Shown here in pieces: positions 38,436 through 48,292 of a stretch of 64,000 nt of DNA. The notes below the pieces were generated by a model, which saw nothing but the letters and a program-made list of their open reading frames with translations, did no database searches and was not told the DNA's origin. The stretch comes from Clostridia bacterium. Its GTDB lineage: Bacteria; Bacillota; Clostridia; RGIG6154. Location of the stretch: NCBI GenBank assembly GCA_045593265.1, contig JAZNWH010000131.1, positions 9,422 through 73,421 of the forward strand, given 5' to 3'. How positions within the stretch are numbered: the first letter of the stretch is position 1; every line of letters begins with the position of its first letter. Made by a program: the position numbers and the translations under genes.

Positions 38436-40763
38436 ATGTACGGAATTTACAAATCGGGAGAGCTTACAAAAATGGCAAAGGCTCTTTACAGAGAAGAAAG
38501 AGAAATTAAAAGACTTGATGGATGGTTTGTTGCAAAAGAAACTGAAATGCTTGCTGATGAAAAATATAAGGATTGCAGTCCTGAGGTAAAAAAAGCACAT
38601 TTGTTATGTGAAGTGTTGAAAGAAATGCCTTTATTTATCAGCGAAAATGCAGTTTTTGTGGGAACACAGAGAGATGCTTTTGCAAAAAGCTATGCACTGA
38701 TTAATCCTTCCTTTACGGTTGAGGGTTTTTCAGGTTATTGCGACCCTATGGCAATATACAACGATATTGAGCCAAACGAAGAATTTACAAAAGAGCGTAT
38801 TGATAGTGTCCGTAAATTTACTTCAAAAACGAAAATGGTGGAAATGCTCAATAAAACTTATGATGAAGCTGAAATCTACACAAAAGAAGTTATTTTCTTT
38901 GTTGAACAGGTAACAGGGCACATTATTCCTGATTTTCGTTATGCTTTAAAGTATGGTATTGATAAAATGACACAGGAAGCAAACAAAAAACAAGGCGAAT
39001 TTTTTGAAGCGGCAGCAATTGCCCTTGGCGGAGTTAAAATTCTTGCAGACAGATATATTGAAATAATAAATGAGCAGAAGAAAACCTGTTCCGATGAAAG
39101 AAAAGCTCAGCTTGATTTTATGGAAAAAGCTCTTATAAATATATCTTCAAAGGGTGCGGAAAATCTGTATGAAGCACTTCAGCTTTACATTCTTTTATGG
39201 ACTGTGATGTGTCTTGAACAGGCACCTAATCCATATGCATTTTCTGTAGGTAATGCAGACAGAATTTTTGAACCTTACAGAGGAGAATTAACCAGAGAAG
39301 ATGCAAGCGAATTATTTAAGCATTTTCTTGTGTTCTATAATGTAGGCGACAGAAGCTGGGCAATTTCACAAAATGTCCTTATCGGCGGAAGAGATAATGA
39401 CTCAAATGACCTTACCAACACCATGAGCTATGCAATTATGGATGCGTACTACGATATGAACCTTCCACAGCCTATTTTGTCAGTTAAATTACATAAAAAC
39501 ACACCCCAAAAGCTTTATGAGGAAATGGGAAGATTTTTCTTCTCACCCGGTGTGCTTACACCGTCCCTTTTTAATGACGATGCACTTTTTGAGGTGCTTA
39601 AAAATAACGGTATTGATGAAAAGGATATCCCTGACTATTCTGTTGCGGGCTGTCAGGAACCTCTTATTATGGGTAAAGATAATGGTAACACAACCAACAG
39701 CTGGCTTAATCTTCCTAAGGTTCTTGAATTGATACTTACAGGTGGAGTTTCTGCTATTACCGGAGAAAAGCTTATAGAAAAGACAGAGTATTCTCTTGAA
39801 AACATAAGAGAGGTATTTTATGAAACTCTCGATAAAATTTGCAACAAGATGGCAGAGTACGCGAATGGAGCATCAATAGCATTGTCAGAGCTTAAAGTAC
39901 CATTCTTAAGTTGTTTTATGGGAGGAATGGAAACAGGTGCCGATATGCGTGATACCAAAGTACAGGGAACAAAGTATAACGGAAGCGGATGTTTAATTCA
40001 CGGTCTTAGTGTTCTTGCAGATTCATTTATCGCAATTGATGAGTTTGTTAAGAAATATCCTGATGGTAAAGAAATGCTTGTGGATGCACTTAAAAATAAT
40101 TTTGAAGGCTACGATGAATTAAGAGAATTTTTACTGTCTTGTCCTAAATTTGGAAACAATATTGAAACTGTTGATAACGAGGCTCGTGAGATTGCAATCA
40201 AGGTTTCAAGTATAGTAAGAAGCAAGAAAAATTATCTCGGCAATTCTTTCAGACCTGACTTTTCAAGTCCTTCAACACATCTTACCTACGGTTACTGGGT
40301 AGGTGCAACACCTGACGGAAGAAAGAGTCGTGATATGCTTGGCTACGGAGTTGACCCTCTTTATGGGGAAGCGTCAAACGGACTTGGATTTCGAATGCTT
40401 TCAAATATGAAACTGCCTTTTGAGGAATTTAACGGAGGGTATGCTTCCCATCTTGGTATTGACCCAAAATATTTTAAAGGTGAAGATTACAGCAAAAAGG
40501 GAGTAGAATTCTATCATAATGTTGTAGAGCCTTTGTTCTTTAATGAGCTTAAAGAGGGAGTATCACCATTTTACCTTTATGTAAATGTAACAACACCTGA
40601 AACTCTCCGTAAGGTTCTTGCAAATCCGTCAAAATATGCTCCGAGCGGTGTTTACATTATGAGAATTCACGGAACATTTGTAAACTTCCTTGATTTATCT
40701 CCTGAAATTCAGCAAGATATAATAACAAGACTTGATTTACAGTCTACAACTATGGGGTGCTGA
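38436..40763 (+). CDS. Glycyl radical enzyme of the PFL2/dehydratase-lyase class, substrate unknown.
   Basis: Single active-site Cys in VAGCQEP (a GCxE-type thiyl loop, not the PFL Cys-Cys pair). C-terminal glycine-radical region MRIHGTFVNF...EIQQDIITR aligns with the RVxG[YF] motif. RBS AGGAGGG. Confidence 0.7.
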   Translation: MYGIYKSGELTKMAKALYREEREIKRLDGWFVAKETEMLADEKYKDCSPEVKKAHLLCEVLKEMPLFISENAVFVGTQRDAFAKSYALINPSFTVEGFSGYCDPMAIYNDIEPNEEFTKERIDSVRKFTSKTKMVEMLNKTYDEAEIYTKEVIFFVEQVTGHIIPDFRYALKYGIDKMTQEANKKQGEFFEAAAIALGGVKILADRYIEIINEQKKTCSDERKAQLDFMEKALINISSKGAENLYEALQLYILLWTVMCLEQAPNPYAFSVGNADRIFEPYRGELTREDASELFKHFLVFYNVGDRSWAISQNVLIGGRDNDSNDLTNTMSYAIMDAYYDMNLPQPILSVKLHKNTPQKLYEEMGRFFFSPGVLTPSLFNDDALFEVLKNNGIDEKDIPDYSVAGCQEPLIMGKDNGNTTNSWLNLPKVLELILTGGVSAITGEKLIEKTEYSLENIREVFYETLDKICNKMAEYANGASIALSELKVPFLSCFMGGMETGADMRDTKVQGTKYNGSGCLIHGLSVLADSFIAIDEFVKKYPDGKEMLVDALKNNFEGYDELREFLLSCPKFGNNIETVDNEAREIAIKVSSIVRSKKNYLGNSFRPDFSSPSTHLTYGYWVGATPDGRKSRDMLGYGVDPLYGEASNGLGFRMLSNMKLPFEEFNGGYASHLGIDPKYFKGEDYSKKGVEFYHNVVEPLFFNELKEGVSPFYLYVNVTTPETLRKVLANPSKYAPSGVYIMRIHGTFVNFLDLSPEIQQDIITRLDLQSTTMGC

Positions 40764-40765
40764 AT

Positions 40766-42040
40766 ATGAAAGCAATAGGAATTGATATAGGTACAACGAG
40801 TATATGCGGTATTGTGTGCGATGCAAAAAGCGGCGAGATTTTAAAGGTAATTAACAAAGACAGTAATGCATTTTTAAAAGGCTCTGCCGATTGGGAAAAA
40901 ATTCAGTCGGTTGACAAAATTATATCTTGCGCAAGAGAAATTCTGGACAGCCTTATAGATGAAGATGTCAAGGTTATAGGTGTTACGGGGCAGATGCATG
41001 GAATTGTGTATACGGATAAAAACGGAGAGGCTGTAAGTCCGTTATATACCTGGCAGGATGGCCGGGGAAATCTGCTATATAAAGATACCACATATGCAAA
41101 GTATTTAAACAGCTTTACAGGATACGGAAATGTAACGGATTTTTATAACAGAGAAAATAATATCAGACCTGAAAATGCCGAGTATTTTTGTACAATACAC
41201 GACTATTTTGTGATGACTCTTTGTAATCTTTACAAACCTCTTATACATATAAGCGATTTAGCAAGTTTCGGCATCGATAACAGAAGCGGAGCAGATGTTA
41301 CGGATGGTTACACCATTGCAGGTGAGTATAAAAATATTCCCGTAAGTGTTGCAATCGGCGATAATCAGGCAAGTGTATTTTCAACTCTTGCAGATGAAAA
41401 TGATGTTTTGATAAATGTAGGTACAGGCAGTCAGGTTTCCGTTATTTCTTCAAATAAGGTTACGGGTGAGGATATAGAGGTAAGACCTTATTTTGAAAAT
41501 AAGTATCTTATTGTTGGAGCTGCCCTTTGCGGTGGAAGAGCTTATTCGCTTCTTAAAGATTTCTATTCTGAAATTTTTGAATATACAGGTGCATTTGATG
41601 ACAATGCTGTTTACAGCATTATGAATAAAATGCTTCAAAAAACGGATAATTTAACTCTTGAGGTTGATACCCGTTTTGCAGGCACAAGAAAAAATCCACA
41701 GCTTTGCGGAAGCATATCAGGTATAACTACAGAAAATTTCAATCCGTCAGCTCTTACATATGGTATGCTTTCAGGCATGGCAAACGAGCTTTTTGAAATG
41801 TACAAACAGATGAAGTCTGAAAAGTTGGGAATAGTAGGCTCAGGAAACGGTGTGCGTAAAAATTCAGCCTTCATAAAAATTCTCGAAGAAAAATTCGGCG
41901 GCGAACTGAAAATACCTGTGCATACGGAGGAAGCATCCTTCGGTGCAGCACTTTACGGACTTATTGCCTGCGGTGTATATAATAATGCCGCAGATGTTCA
42001 GAAACTTATAAAATACACAAAAAAGGAGAATAAATTATGA
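40766..42040 (+). CDS. FGGY-family carbohydrate kinase (ASKHA superfamily).
   Basis: IGIDIGTTS phosphate-1 motif and IGVTGQMHGIVYTDKNGEAVSPLYTWQDGRG, typical of xylulokinase/glycerol-kinase relatives. Start ATG 40766. Confidence 0.55.
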   Translation: MKAIGIDIGTTSICGIVCDAKSGEILKVINKDSNAFLKGSADWEKIQSVDKIISCAREILDSLIDEDVKVIGVTGQMHGIVYTDKNGEAVSPLYTWQDGRGNLLYKDTTYAKYLNSFTGYGNVTDFYNRENNIRPENAEYFCTIHDYFVMTLCNLYKPLIHISDLASFGIDNRSGADVTDGYTIAGEYKNIPVSVAIGDNQASVFSTLADENDVLINVGTGSQVSVISSNKVTGEDIEVRPYFENKYLIVGAALCGGRAYSLLKDFYSEIFEYTGAFDDNAVYSIMNKMLQKTDNLTLEVDTRFAGTRKNPQLCGSISGITTENFNPSALTYGMLSGMANELFEMYKQMKSEKLGIVGSGNGVRKNSAFIKILEEKFGGELKIPVHTEEASFGAALYGLIACGVYNNAADVQKLIKYTKKENKL

Positions 42041-45000
42041 GATTTCTTGAGGATAAAGCATTAAAAACCGTTACTATGCTCAATAGCTTCATAGTAAAAA
42101 ACACAATGGTGCTTGATGGATTTAAAATTAAGTATTGCGATTATAAAACAGATAATATTATTCCTGAAATTGATGAATCTTGGGATAATCTTGAAAAATT
42201 TGTTGAATTTAAGGAGCTTGCAGTTCATTTCTGGATAAGGGGAACTGTTACAACTCCAAAGGCAGAGGAAGGCTGTTATTATGCTCTTGATTTTAAACAG
42301 GAATACACAGGCAGAGTTCAGACAATTTTATATTTAAACGGGGAAATGACACAAGGTCTTGACGAAAACCACTTCAGAACAATACTTGAACCTGATACAA
42401 CATACGATGTTGCATTTTACTGCTACCTCGACCCTGTATACTCGCCAAGGACACATCTTGTTTCTTCAACAGTACCCAAGCTTGTAACAGTTGACGAAAA
42501 AACAGAGCAATTATATTTTGATTTTGAAACACCGTTTGAGGCACTTGAGGCTCTTGAAAAAACAAGCGATGATTATAAAACAATTCTTCACCATCTTGAA
42601 CTTGCGGCAAATTTAATTGATTTCAGACAGCCGTATACACAGGAATATTACAATGCGATTGATAAAGCTATAAAATACCTTGATGAGGAATTTTACGGTA
42701 AAGCCTGTGGTAAAGGTGATATTACGGTAAACTGTCTTGGTCATTCACATATTGATGTTGCCTGGCGCTGGCCTGTAAGACAAACTGTTGAAAAGGTTCA
42801 AAGAAGCTATTCTACAGTTCTTTATCTTATGAAGCACTATCCTGAATACATATTTATGATGACCACACCACAGATGTATGAATTTTTAAAGGAGCAGGCA
42901 CCTGAAAAGTTTGAAGAGCTCAAAGAGCGTGTGAAAGAGGGAAGATGGGAGACAGATGGAGCGATGTGGCTTGAATCTGACTGCAATCTTCCATCAGGTG
43001 AAAGCTTTGTTCGTCAGCTTGTACACGGAAAGAAATATTTTATGGACGAATTTGGTGTTAATAGCCGAACACTCTGGATTCCTGATGTATTCGGGTATTC
43101 TGCAGCTCTTCCTCAGATACTTAAAAAAGCAGGCGTTGACCGTTTCGTTACAGGTAAAATAAGTTGGAATGATACAGACAGAATGCCTAATGACACATTT
43201 TACTGGAAGGGTATTGATGGTACTGAAATATTTACACAGTTTTTAACAACCAAGGATTTTGTGATTCCTGAAAAATCAAGAGATTTTGTTATGATAAACG
43301 GTGCGCTTGATGCCCGTGAGGTAAAAAGCACCTGGGATATATACAGAAACAAGGAATATAATGACGAAACAATTCACACCTTTGGTTTTGGTGACGGCGG
43401 TGGCGGACCTACTTATCAGATGCTTGAGCGTCAGCGAAGATTCCAAAAAGGTATTCCGGGAATTCCTAAAACAAGAATGGACACACTTGACAATTACTTA
43501 ACCAGATCTCAAGAAAAATTTGACAAATCATGCGAAAAATTCGGCAGAACACCAAAATGGTCGGGAGAATTATATCTTCAGTATCACAGAGGTACATATA
43601 CATCTGTTGCAAGAACCAAAAGAGCAAACCGTATATGTGAATTTATGCTTGCTGATACTGAACAGCTTTCGGTTATGAATATGCTTCTAAGAGGCGGAGT
43701 ATATCCTCAAAGTGAGCTTGATGTTGCATGGAAGCATATGCTTCTTAATCAGTTCCACGATATTATTCCGGGAAGCTGTATTAAAGAGGTTTCTGATGTT
43801 GCAGAGGCTGAATACAACGAGGTAAAAGAAATCTGCAAAAATGCAACTAAGACGGTTTATGACAGCATTGTGCCCGAAATCAGTTCTCAAGAGGGTTATG
43901 TTGTGTTTAATCCAAGGCCTTTTGAGGGTGATGGAATTGTTGAGGTTTCCGACAGCTTTGCTTATGTTGAAAGTATTCCTTCACACGGATATAAGGTTGT
44001 TAAATCTCTTGATTTTTCAAATAATGCAACAGTATCAGAAAATGAGATTTCAAACAAGTATTTTAATATACATCTTGACAAAAATGGAAATGTTTCATCA
44101 ATTTTCGATAAATCTGCAGACAGAGAAATCCTTTCGGAAACAGGAAACAGATTTGTTGCCTATGAGGACAGACCAAAGTGGTCGGACGCATGGGAGGTTA
44201 CACACTACTATAAACAAAAGCCATATTATGTCGATGATGTTACAGATATTGTTCCTTACGAAAAGGGAGCAAAAAAAGGTCTTACAGTATCAAGAAAATT
44301 TATGAATTCTACAATTAAGCAGAACATTATTGTATACGATAACATACCAAGAATTGATTTTGAAACAGAAATTGACTGGAAAGAGGAGCATCTTATATTA
44401 AAAACGCTCTTCCCTGTAAATGTATTTGCCAATACTGTAACTGCAGATATACAGTTTGGTAATGTTGAAAGACCTACTCATAAAAACAGAAGCTGGGATG
44501 AAGCGCAGTTCGAAATGTGTATGCATAAATGGGTCGATATATCCGATAACGGCTACGGAGTAAGCTTTTTGAACGATTGCAAATACGGCTATTCTTCAGA
44601 AGAAAATGTAATCGGACTTACAATACTTAAATGTGCAACTGATCCTGATCCTGAAGCAGACAAGTGCAAGCATGAGTTTACATATTCATTATACCCACAT
44701 AATGGCAGAGTAACAGATGGAGATACTATAAAGCAGTCGTATAACTTAAATCAGCCTATGACTGTGGTAGAGAAAACAGCAACAAAGGGATCGCTTCCAT
44801 CAGAATTTTCACTGGTAAGCTGTAACAGAGAAAATGTTGTTGTTGAAACTATCAAAAAGGCAGAAAACAATGATAACATTGTGATAAGAATGTTTGATGT
44901 ACACAACAAAACAGAGAATGTAACACTTGATTTCGGCTTTGATGTGAAAAAGGCATATATTTGTGATTTGCTTGAAAATATTGAGTCTGAAATTGAAGTT

Positions 45001-45066
45001 TCAGGAAACACAGTAACTGTTCCTGTTAAAAATTTCGAGATTGTTACGCTTATGTTGGAAGTATAG
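42037..45066 (+). CDS. GH38 alpha-mannosidase, cytoplasmic (MngB/mannosylglycerate-hydrolase-like architecture).
   Basis: GH38 catalytic core: LGHSHIDVAWRWP, WIPDVFGYSAALPQILKKAGVDRFV. No signal peptide. The ATGA start overlaps the kinase stop. Confidence 0.85.
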   Translation: MRFLEDKALKTVTMLNSFIVKNTMVLDGFKIKYCDYKTDNIIPEIDESWDNLEKFVEFKELAVHFWIRGTVTTPKAEEGCYYALDFKQEYTGRVQTILYLNGEMTQGLDENHFRTILEPDTTYDVAFYCYLDPVYSPRTHLVSSTVPKLVTVDEKTEQLYFDFETPFEALEALEKTSDDYKTILHHLELAANLIDFRQPYTQEYYNAIDKAIKYLDEEFYGKACGKGDITVNCLGHSHIDVAWRWPVRQTVEKVQRSYSTVLYLMKHYPEYIFMMTTPQMYEFLKEQAPEKFEELKERVKEGRWETDGAMWLESDCNLPSGESFVRQLVHGKKYFMDEFGVNSRTLWIPDVFGYSAALPQILKKAGVDRFVTGKISWNDTDRMPNDTFYWKGIDGTEIFTQFLTTKDFVIPEKSRDFVMINGALDAREVKSTWDIYRNKEYNDETIHTFGFGDGGGGPTYQMLERQRRFQKGIPGIPKTRMDTLDNYLTRSQEKFDKSCEKFGRTPKWSGELYLQYHRGTYTSVARTKRANRICEFMLADTEQLSVMNMLLRGGVYPQSELDVAWKHMLLNQFHDIIPGSCIKEVSDVAEAEYNEVKEICKNATKTVYDSIVPEISSQEGYVVFNPRPFEGDGIVEVSDSFAYVESIPSHGYKVVKSLDFSNNATVSENEISNKYFNIHLDKNGNVSSIFDKSADREILSETGNRFVAYEDRPKWSDAWEVTHYYKQKPYYVDDVTDIVPYEKGAKKGLTVSRKFMNSTIKQNIIVYDNIPRIDFETEIDWKEEHLILKTLFPVNVFANTVTADIQFGNVERPTHKNRSWDEAQFEMCMHKWVDISDNGYGVSFLNDCKYGYSSEENVIGLTILKCATDPDPEADKCKHEFTYSLYPHNGRVTDGDTIKQSYNLNQPMTVVEKTATKGSLPSEFSLVSCNRENVVVETIKKAENNDNIVIRMFDVHNKTENVTLDFGFDVKKAYICDLLENIESEIEVSGNTVTVPVKNFEIVTLMLEV

Positions 45067-45076
45067 GAGAATAATT

Positions 45077-46093
45077 ATGCTTACAAAACCCATATTTTTT
45101 GAAAAAAACAGAGTAGGAAGAGTTTACACAGGAGGCAAGCTTTTTTGTAATTTTTTTGGTGATGACAGCACCGATGGATTTTTCCCGGAAGAATGGATTG
45201 CATCAAGTGTAAAGGCGGTTAACAAAGTGCAGGCATCTGAAAAAGAAGGTGTTTCAAAGCTTGCTGACAGCGATATATATTTTGATGAGCTTATTGAAAA
45301 ATACCCATTTGAAATGCTCGGAAGCTCAGAAAAAATGCGTATTCTTGTAAAGCTTCTTGACAGTGCGGTGCGTCTTCCTGCTCAGGCGCATCCTGATAAA
45401 GAGTTTTCAAGAAAATATTTTAATTCAGAATATGGCAAGACCGAGAGCTGGATTGTTCTTGACAAAAGAGAAAATGCCAAAATCTATTTCGGGTTCAAAG
45501 ACAATGTTAACGAAGAAATATTTTCAAAGGCAATAGACGAAAGCGAAACAGATAAAGATGCAATGGAACGCATTATGGAGTATACCGAGCCTGAAATTGG
45601 TGATGTTATTTTAGTTCCTGCAAAAACAGTACACGCTATAGGTGCCGGCTGTCTTATTTTGGAGGTTCAGGAGCCTACAGATTTTACAATTCAGCCGGAG
45701 CATTGGTGCGATGAATATAAGTTAAACGAAAAAGAAATGTATATGAATTTATCCCGTGAAACTGCGGTGAAGTGTTTTGACTTTAAAAAATCATCCGACC
45801 CAAGAATAGCCCCTGAGGTAATCTTTAACAAAGACGGGGTAAAAATCGAACACCTTATAAAGCCTTGCGATACGGAGTGTTTTGTTATTAACAGAATAAC
45901 CCTTGAGGGCGGAAATGTTTGTATAAACCTTAAGGATAGCTATGGTGTTTATATCGTGACTGACGGCGAAGGTGAAATTTCAGGTGAAGGGTATGAGAAA
46001 AAAATAAAAAAAGGCGATTATTTCTTTATGCCTTGCTGTGCTATGGGGAAATTCAGCATCAATGGAAATGTTCAGGTAGTAGAGTGTTATTGA
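45077..46093 (+). CDS. manA: Mannose-6-phosphate isomerase, class I (cupin).
   Basis: QAHPDK zinc-ligand motif, TESWIVLD, collinear with Bacillus-type PMI. Start ATG 45077 after TAGGAG. The six-frame ORF begins at 45041. Confidence 0.75.
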   Translation: MLTKPIFFEKNRVGRVYTGGKLFCNFFGDDSTDGFFPEEWIASSVKAVNKVQASEKEGVSKLADSDIYFDELIEKYPFEMLGSSEKMRILVKLLDSAVRLPAQAHPDKEFSRKYFNSEYGKTESWIVLDKRENAKIYFGFKDNVNEEIFSKAIDESETDKDAMERIMEYTEPEIGDVILVPAKTVHAIGAGCLILEVQEPTDFTIQPEHWCDEYKLNEKEMYMNLSRETAVKCFDFKKSSDPRIAPEVIFNKDGVKIEHLIKPCDTECFVINRITLEGGNVCINLKDSYGVYIVTDGEGEISGEGYEKKIKKGDYFFMPCCAMGKFSINGNVQVVECY

Positions 46094-46106
46094 TAGGAGA
46101 GATTTA

Positions 46107-46967
46107 ATGTCTGTTATTGAAATAAAAAATGAAAGGCTTTCGGTAGGCATAAATACTTTTGGAAGTGAACTTGTGTATATAACTGCCAAAGACGGCAATG
46201 AGTATTTATGGAACAGAGATGAAAAGGTGTGGTCTTTAAGTTCGCCAATACTTTTTCCTATCTGCGGAGGCTTGAAAAACGATAAATATACATATATGGG
46301 CAAGGAATATCCTCTTGATAAACACGGATTTGCACAGGTTATGGAATTCAATGGTGAAAAAATAAGTGAGACAAAGGCTGAATTTGTACTGAGACACAAT
46401 GACGAAACTTTAAAACAATTTCCCTTTGAATTTGAATTCAAAACTCTTTTTGAACTTTCAGGAAATAAGCTTAAAGTAACATATATCACAAAAAATTTAT
46501 CCGATAAAGAAATGTTTTTCTCGGTAGGTGCCCACGAAGGTTATTATTGTCCCGAAGGTATTGAAGAGTATAGTGTTTCTTTTGATGAAAATCAAACTCT
46601 TGACAGTTATATCTTAAATGGCAATCTTCTGGAAAACAATAAAATCAGAATTATTGAGAACAGTAAAAGTATTCCCTTAAAATATGAATATTTTAAGGTT
46701 GACGCCCTTGTTTTTAAGAATATCCGTTTTAATAAAGTATATCTTGTTCACAAGAACAGCAAAAAAAGAATTGCATTGACATTTGATAAGGCAAAATATT
46801 TTCTTCTGTGGACAAAACCAAATGCAAAATATATATGCCTGGAGCCTTGGTGTGGAGTTCAGGATATTATAGATTCAGATTATGAAATCTCAAAAAAAGA
46901 GGGAATTATAAAGCTTAGAGGCAATGGAATACATACTTTTACCCATACAATAGAAATTTTTGACTAA
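46107..46967 (+). CDS. Aldose 1-epimerase family protein (mutarotase-like).
   Basis: SSPILFPICGG...HGFAQ pattern of the galactose-mutarotase-like fold. RBS TAGGAGAG. Confidence 0.65.
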   Translation: MSVIEIKNERLSVGINTFGSELVYITAKDGNEYLWNRDEKVWSLSSPILFPICGGLKNDKYTYMGKEYPLDKHGFAQVMEFNGEKISETKAEFVLRHNDETLKQFPFEFEFKTLFELSGNKLKVTYITKNLSDKEMFFSVGAHEGYYCPEGIEEYSVSFDENQTLDSYILNGNLLENNKIRIIENSKSIPLKYEYFKVDALVFKNIRFNKVYLVHKNSKKRIALTFDKAKYFLLWTKPNAKYICLEPWCGVQDIIDSDYEISKKEGIIKLRGNGIHTFTHTIEIFD

Positions 46968-47164
46968 ATTAATATATATAGATAAGTCAAATGAAAAGGG
47001 AATGTTAAAAAAGTTCATAACCGTAAAAAGGCTTAAATAATAATATTTATAACATGATATGTTTGTCAAAATTAACAAAAAATATATACTTATGGAAAAA
47101 TATCGTTTATGAACGATATTTTTTCTATTAAATAAGCCTTTTTGCTCGAACGAACTTCGCCTAA

Positions 47165-47310
47165 CTCGGCGTATCCGCATACGCCTTCGGGTACCTGCAA
47201 ATGCCTTTAAACAGGCATTTGCAGCTCAATTCGTTCGTTCTGAAGCATTTTTTCCTATTCCCTAAACAAGGGTCTGTAAAAAATCATCGATTTTTTACAG
47301 ACCCTTTTAT
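47165..47310. terminator. Compound terminator region between the convergent mutarotase and AraC genes: three GC hairpins, the last a perfect 15-bp stem with T-runs on both strands.
   Basis: ggcgtat-ccgc-atacgcc; ctgcaaatgcct-ttaaac-aggcatttgcag then TTTTTT; gggtctgtaaaaaat-catcg-attttttacagaccc then TTTTAT. Confidence 0.6.
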
Positions 47311-47378
47311 ATTAATCTGATTTGATAATCGAGGTGATAGTTTCGTAGATTAATATAATTCTTGTTTTATGAGGATAC

Positions 47379-48161
47379 TTAAGGAGAAGTATCTGTTTTG
47401 GAATAATGTTGTTTATATTTTGACGGAGAAATTCCAAATTGCCGTTTAAACATTTTTGAAAATGTATACAAATCAGAATATCCCACAGAATTGGCTACAA
47501 CAGATATGGTATCACAATTTTTTGTTATGAGATTGGCGGCAACATTCATTCTGTAATTAAGAATATATTGTTTTGGAGAAAGTCCGGTTTTCTTTTTGAA
47601 AATGGAAGAAAAGTATGTTCTGTCAAGATTTAAGTCCCGGGCAATTTTATCTACAGATATATTGTACATATAGTTTGTATGGATGAAACTTAATGCTTTT
47701 TCAGTATAGTCGTATTTGATGCCGTCATCCTCTAAAAGCAGTGAAAACAAATCCCACAATCTTGCGGTAAGGTAGGCGTGTTTGTCGTGGGAATAGTTGC
47801 CGGTTTCTTTTATGGAAGCAAATATTTTTTCAGCCTCCGGGCATACGATAACATCTGAAAGCATTTCCAACTGTTTGACGTTGCAGGTAAAGCCAATCCA
47901 GATATAACTCCATGGGTTAACAGCATCTGCTTCGTAATAGGTTTCTATATAAGGCGGAATAACAAACATTTCGCCTGCTTTAACTTTATATTCTTTGTCT
48001 CTGATTTTGAAAATACCGACTCCTGATACGACAAAATGAATAAGCCAATGTGTTCGTATCATCGGACCAAAAAAATGGCTTTTTTCGCAGTTTTCGTGAC
48101 CAAATTGAACAGGATTTAACACCCAGTTTTTCTTACTGTTTATCATAATACTGTAATCCAT
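47379..48161 (-). CDS. AraC-family transcriptional regulator.
   Basis: C-terminal AraC HTH. Start placed at ATG 48161 (MDYSIMINSKK, GGAGGG upstream). The six-frame ORF extends to 48323 through a low-complexity hydrophobic stretch that overlaps the next gene's promoter region. Confidence 0.65.
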   Translation of the reverse strand: MDYSIMINSKKNWVLNPVQFGHENCEKSHFFGPMIRTHWLIHFVVSGVGIFKIRDKEYKVKAGEMFVIPPYIETYYEADAVNPWSYIWIGFTCNVKQLEMLSDVIVCPEAEKIFASIKETGNYSHDKHAYLTARLWDLFSLLLEDDGIKYDYTEKALSFIHTNYMYNISVDKIARDLNLDRTYFSSIFKKKTGLSPKQYILNYRMNVAANLITKNCDTISVVANSVGYSDLYTFSKMFKRQFGISPSKYKQHYSKTDTSP

Positions 48162-48292
48162 ATTTTTTGTATTCCCTCCATTTCTAAAAACAACAAAATG
48201 ACAAATGTTTATATCATTATACCATTTCTTAAAACAGAAAGTCAATATATAATTAAATTGAAGAAATAATAATAAAGAAAGAGGTAATTGAT

